Of a stretch of DNA of 64,000 nucleotides, positions 63,274-64,000 are shown piece after piece. The stretch comes from an uncultured bacterium (GTDB taxonomy: Bacteria; UBP14; UBA6098): the NCBI GenBank assembly GCA_964606695.1, contig CAZSHG010000010.1, positions 9,497-73,496 of the forward strand. Reading direction: 5' to 3'. Positions within the stretch are counted from its first letter, which is position 1, and every line of letters begins with the position of its first letter. The position numbers and the translations under genes were made by a program. Below the pieces are notes generated by a model. It was not told the DNA's origin. It was given only the letters and a program-made list of their open reading frames with translations, and did not search any database.

Positions 63274-64000
63274 TTAAGATTTCCGTAACAATATCCAGTT
63301 GTCGCCGAATTTAGCCTGTTCTTCCTCGAATCCCTTGTATTTTGGGTATTTTTCCGGCGGTAACATCGGTTCATGTTTGCCTTCGTCGATTTGTTTGTAT
63401 CGAAGGACGTTATCATCCACCTCGATATCGGCCTCGAAGGAGCGATAACCTACTGACAGATCGACACTTTTCGGTAGATATTCGATTTCGTAACCATCGG
63501 GAAGTTCGATATTAATATATTTTTCATTGTAGAAATTGCCTGCGCGCGAGAAAGACAATGTCCTTTCGGCGGCACCGACCTCATATGTATTGAAATCTAC
63601 GGTCGGCAATCTGAAGGCGAGTATTTCCTCGCCTGCGGAAACCGCAAAACCGGGAATCTCCACGGTGTAACTCATTTCGACTTCATCTGATAGACTCTTA
63701 AATCCTTCGAGTTTATAATCGACAATATTCGCCAACTCGTCTATATTCTTCGCCATAGCGTCGAAATAGTTATCTATCTCGCGCGGTTTGCGATTCTTCT
63801 GGCGTCGAAAACGATCTCCGCCCGTCTCGCCGACATATCGTTCGGTATATTCAACTTCGAGCGTGCCGTCGGGGAGAAGCCTGCAGGCATATTGGGGGAT
63901 AGTATAATGGTCGTCTCCCGGAAGTCGGTCTTTCTCGCGTAATTTTGAGCCTTTCTCGCTTACAGGAAGGTAGTAATAACCGCTGTGATGTTGATGATCG
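63274..64000 (-). CDS. Hypothetical protein, 5'-truncated by the window edge (possibly the DUF3858-type C-terminal region of a transglutaminase-like protein)
   Basis: The minus-strand frame stays open from the listed Met at 63756 up to nt 64000 (...DHQHHSGYYYLPVSEKGSKLREKDRLPGDDHYTIPQYACRLLPDGTLEVEYTERYVGETGGDRFRRQKNRKPREIDNYFDAMAKNIDE...). The family assignment is a weak recollection. Confidence 0.5.
   Translation of the reverse strand, partial: DHQHHSGYYYLPVSEKGSKLREKDRLPGDDHYTIPQYACRLLPDGTLEVEYTERYVGETGGDRFRRQKNRKPREIDNYFDAMAKNIDELANIVDYKLEGFKSLSDEVEMSYTVEIPGFAVSAGEEILAFRLPTVDFNTYEVGAAERTLSFSRAGNFYNEKYINIELPDGYEIEYLPKSVDLSVGYRSFEADIEVDDNVLRYKQIDEGKHEPMLPPEKYPKYKGFEEEQAKFGDNWILLRKS

Noticed and set aside
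1-64000. tRNA, rRNA, transposase/IS elements or integrons
   Set aside because: I inspected the intergenic regions at 3842-4332, 6062-6699, 8380-8718, 17913-18424, 43313-44057, 45402-45548, 47637-47810 and 60556-60735 by eye. I recognised no cloverleaf-type sequence, rRNA-like conserved block, DDE or serine/tyrosine recombinase ORF, or terminal inverted repeat pair. A tRNAscan/Infernal run would be needed for certainty.

Overview
The 64-kb window reads as chromosomal DNA from an uncultured-type Gram-negative bacterium. Two proteins carry type IX secretion (T9SS) sorting domains, one type A and one type B, which suggests an FCB-superphylum-like organism. I recognised no rRNA, tRNA, CRISPR array, transposase, integrase or phage structural genes.

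Layout:
1. nt 2-3841 (+): four translationally coupled genes. They encode a thymidylate-kinase-like/HD-domain fusion, a DUF4956-like membrane protein, an OprO/P-type porin and a lamin-tail-domain lipoprotein. A (poly)phosphate role is possible.
2. nt 4333-17912: a cell-surface region. It holds fibre-like secreted proteins (including a 2456-aa giant with 504-bp tandem repeats), a small T9SS cargo, a TPR-GGDEF cyclase, a tandem pair of DUF1566-type genes with a deletion scar, and a 21-bp phased repeat array in a convergent intergenic gap.
3. nt 18363-43312 (all minus strand, about 25 kb, 22 genes): the most interesting block. Sulfur-trafficking genes sit at both ends: two TusA, a DsrE-like protein, YeeE/YedE, three exported rhodanese proteins, an OprO/P-type porin and an ArsR regulator. 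They flank a dense redox core of three MvhD, four HdrA-family flavoproteins (one of 1485 aa with an NfnB/GltD-like insertion), an orphan HdrC, an FrhB-like protein, an AsrA/AsrB-like pair and three more AsrA-like Fe-S proteins. No HdrB/CCG subunit, lipoate-binding protein, hydrogenase, Qmo membrane subunit or Apr/Dsr gene is present in the window.
4. nt 44058-51075: envelope genes (OmpA-family, BatA/vWA, two PAP2 phosphatases, a membrane-anchored Mrr-type nuclease domain).
5. nt 51143-60555: a 2224-aa T9SS type-B cargo, tightly juxtaposed (2-nt gap) to a 911-aa protein with a possible PorP/SprF-like barrel.
6. nt 60736-64000: a hypothetical protein plus a GCS2-like ligase, then a 5'-truncated gene at the window edge.

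All functional calls come from motif recognition by eye. None has been checked by a database search.
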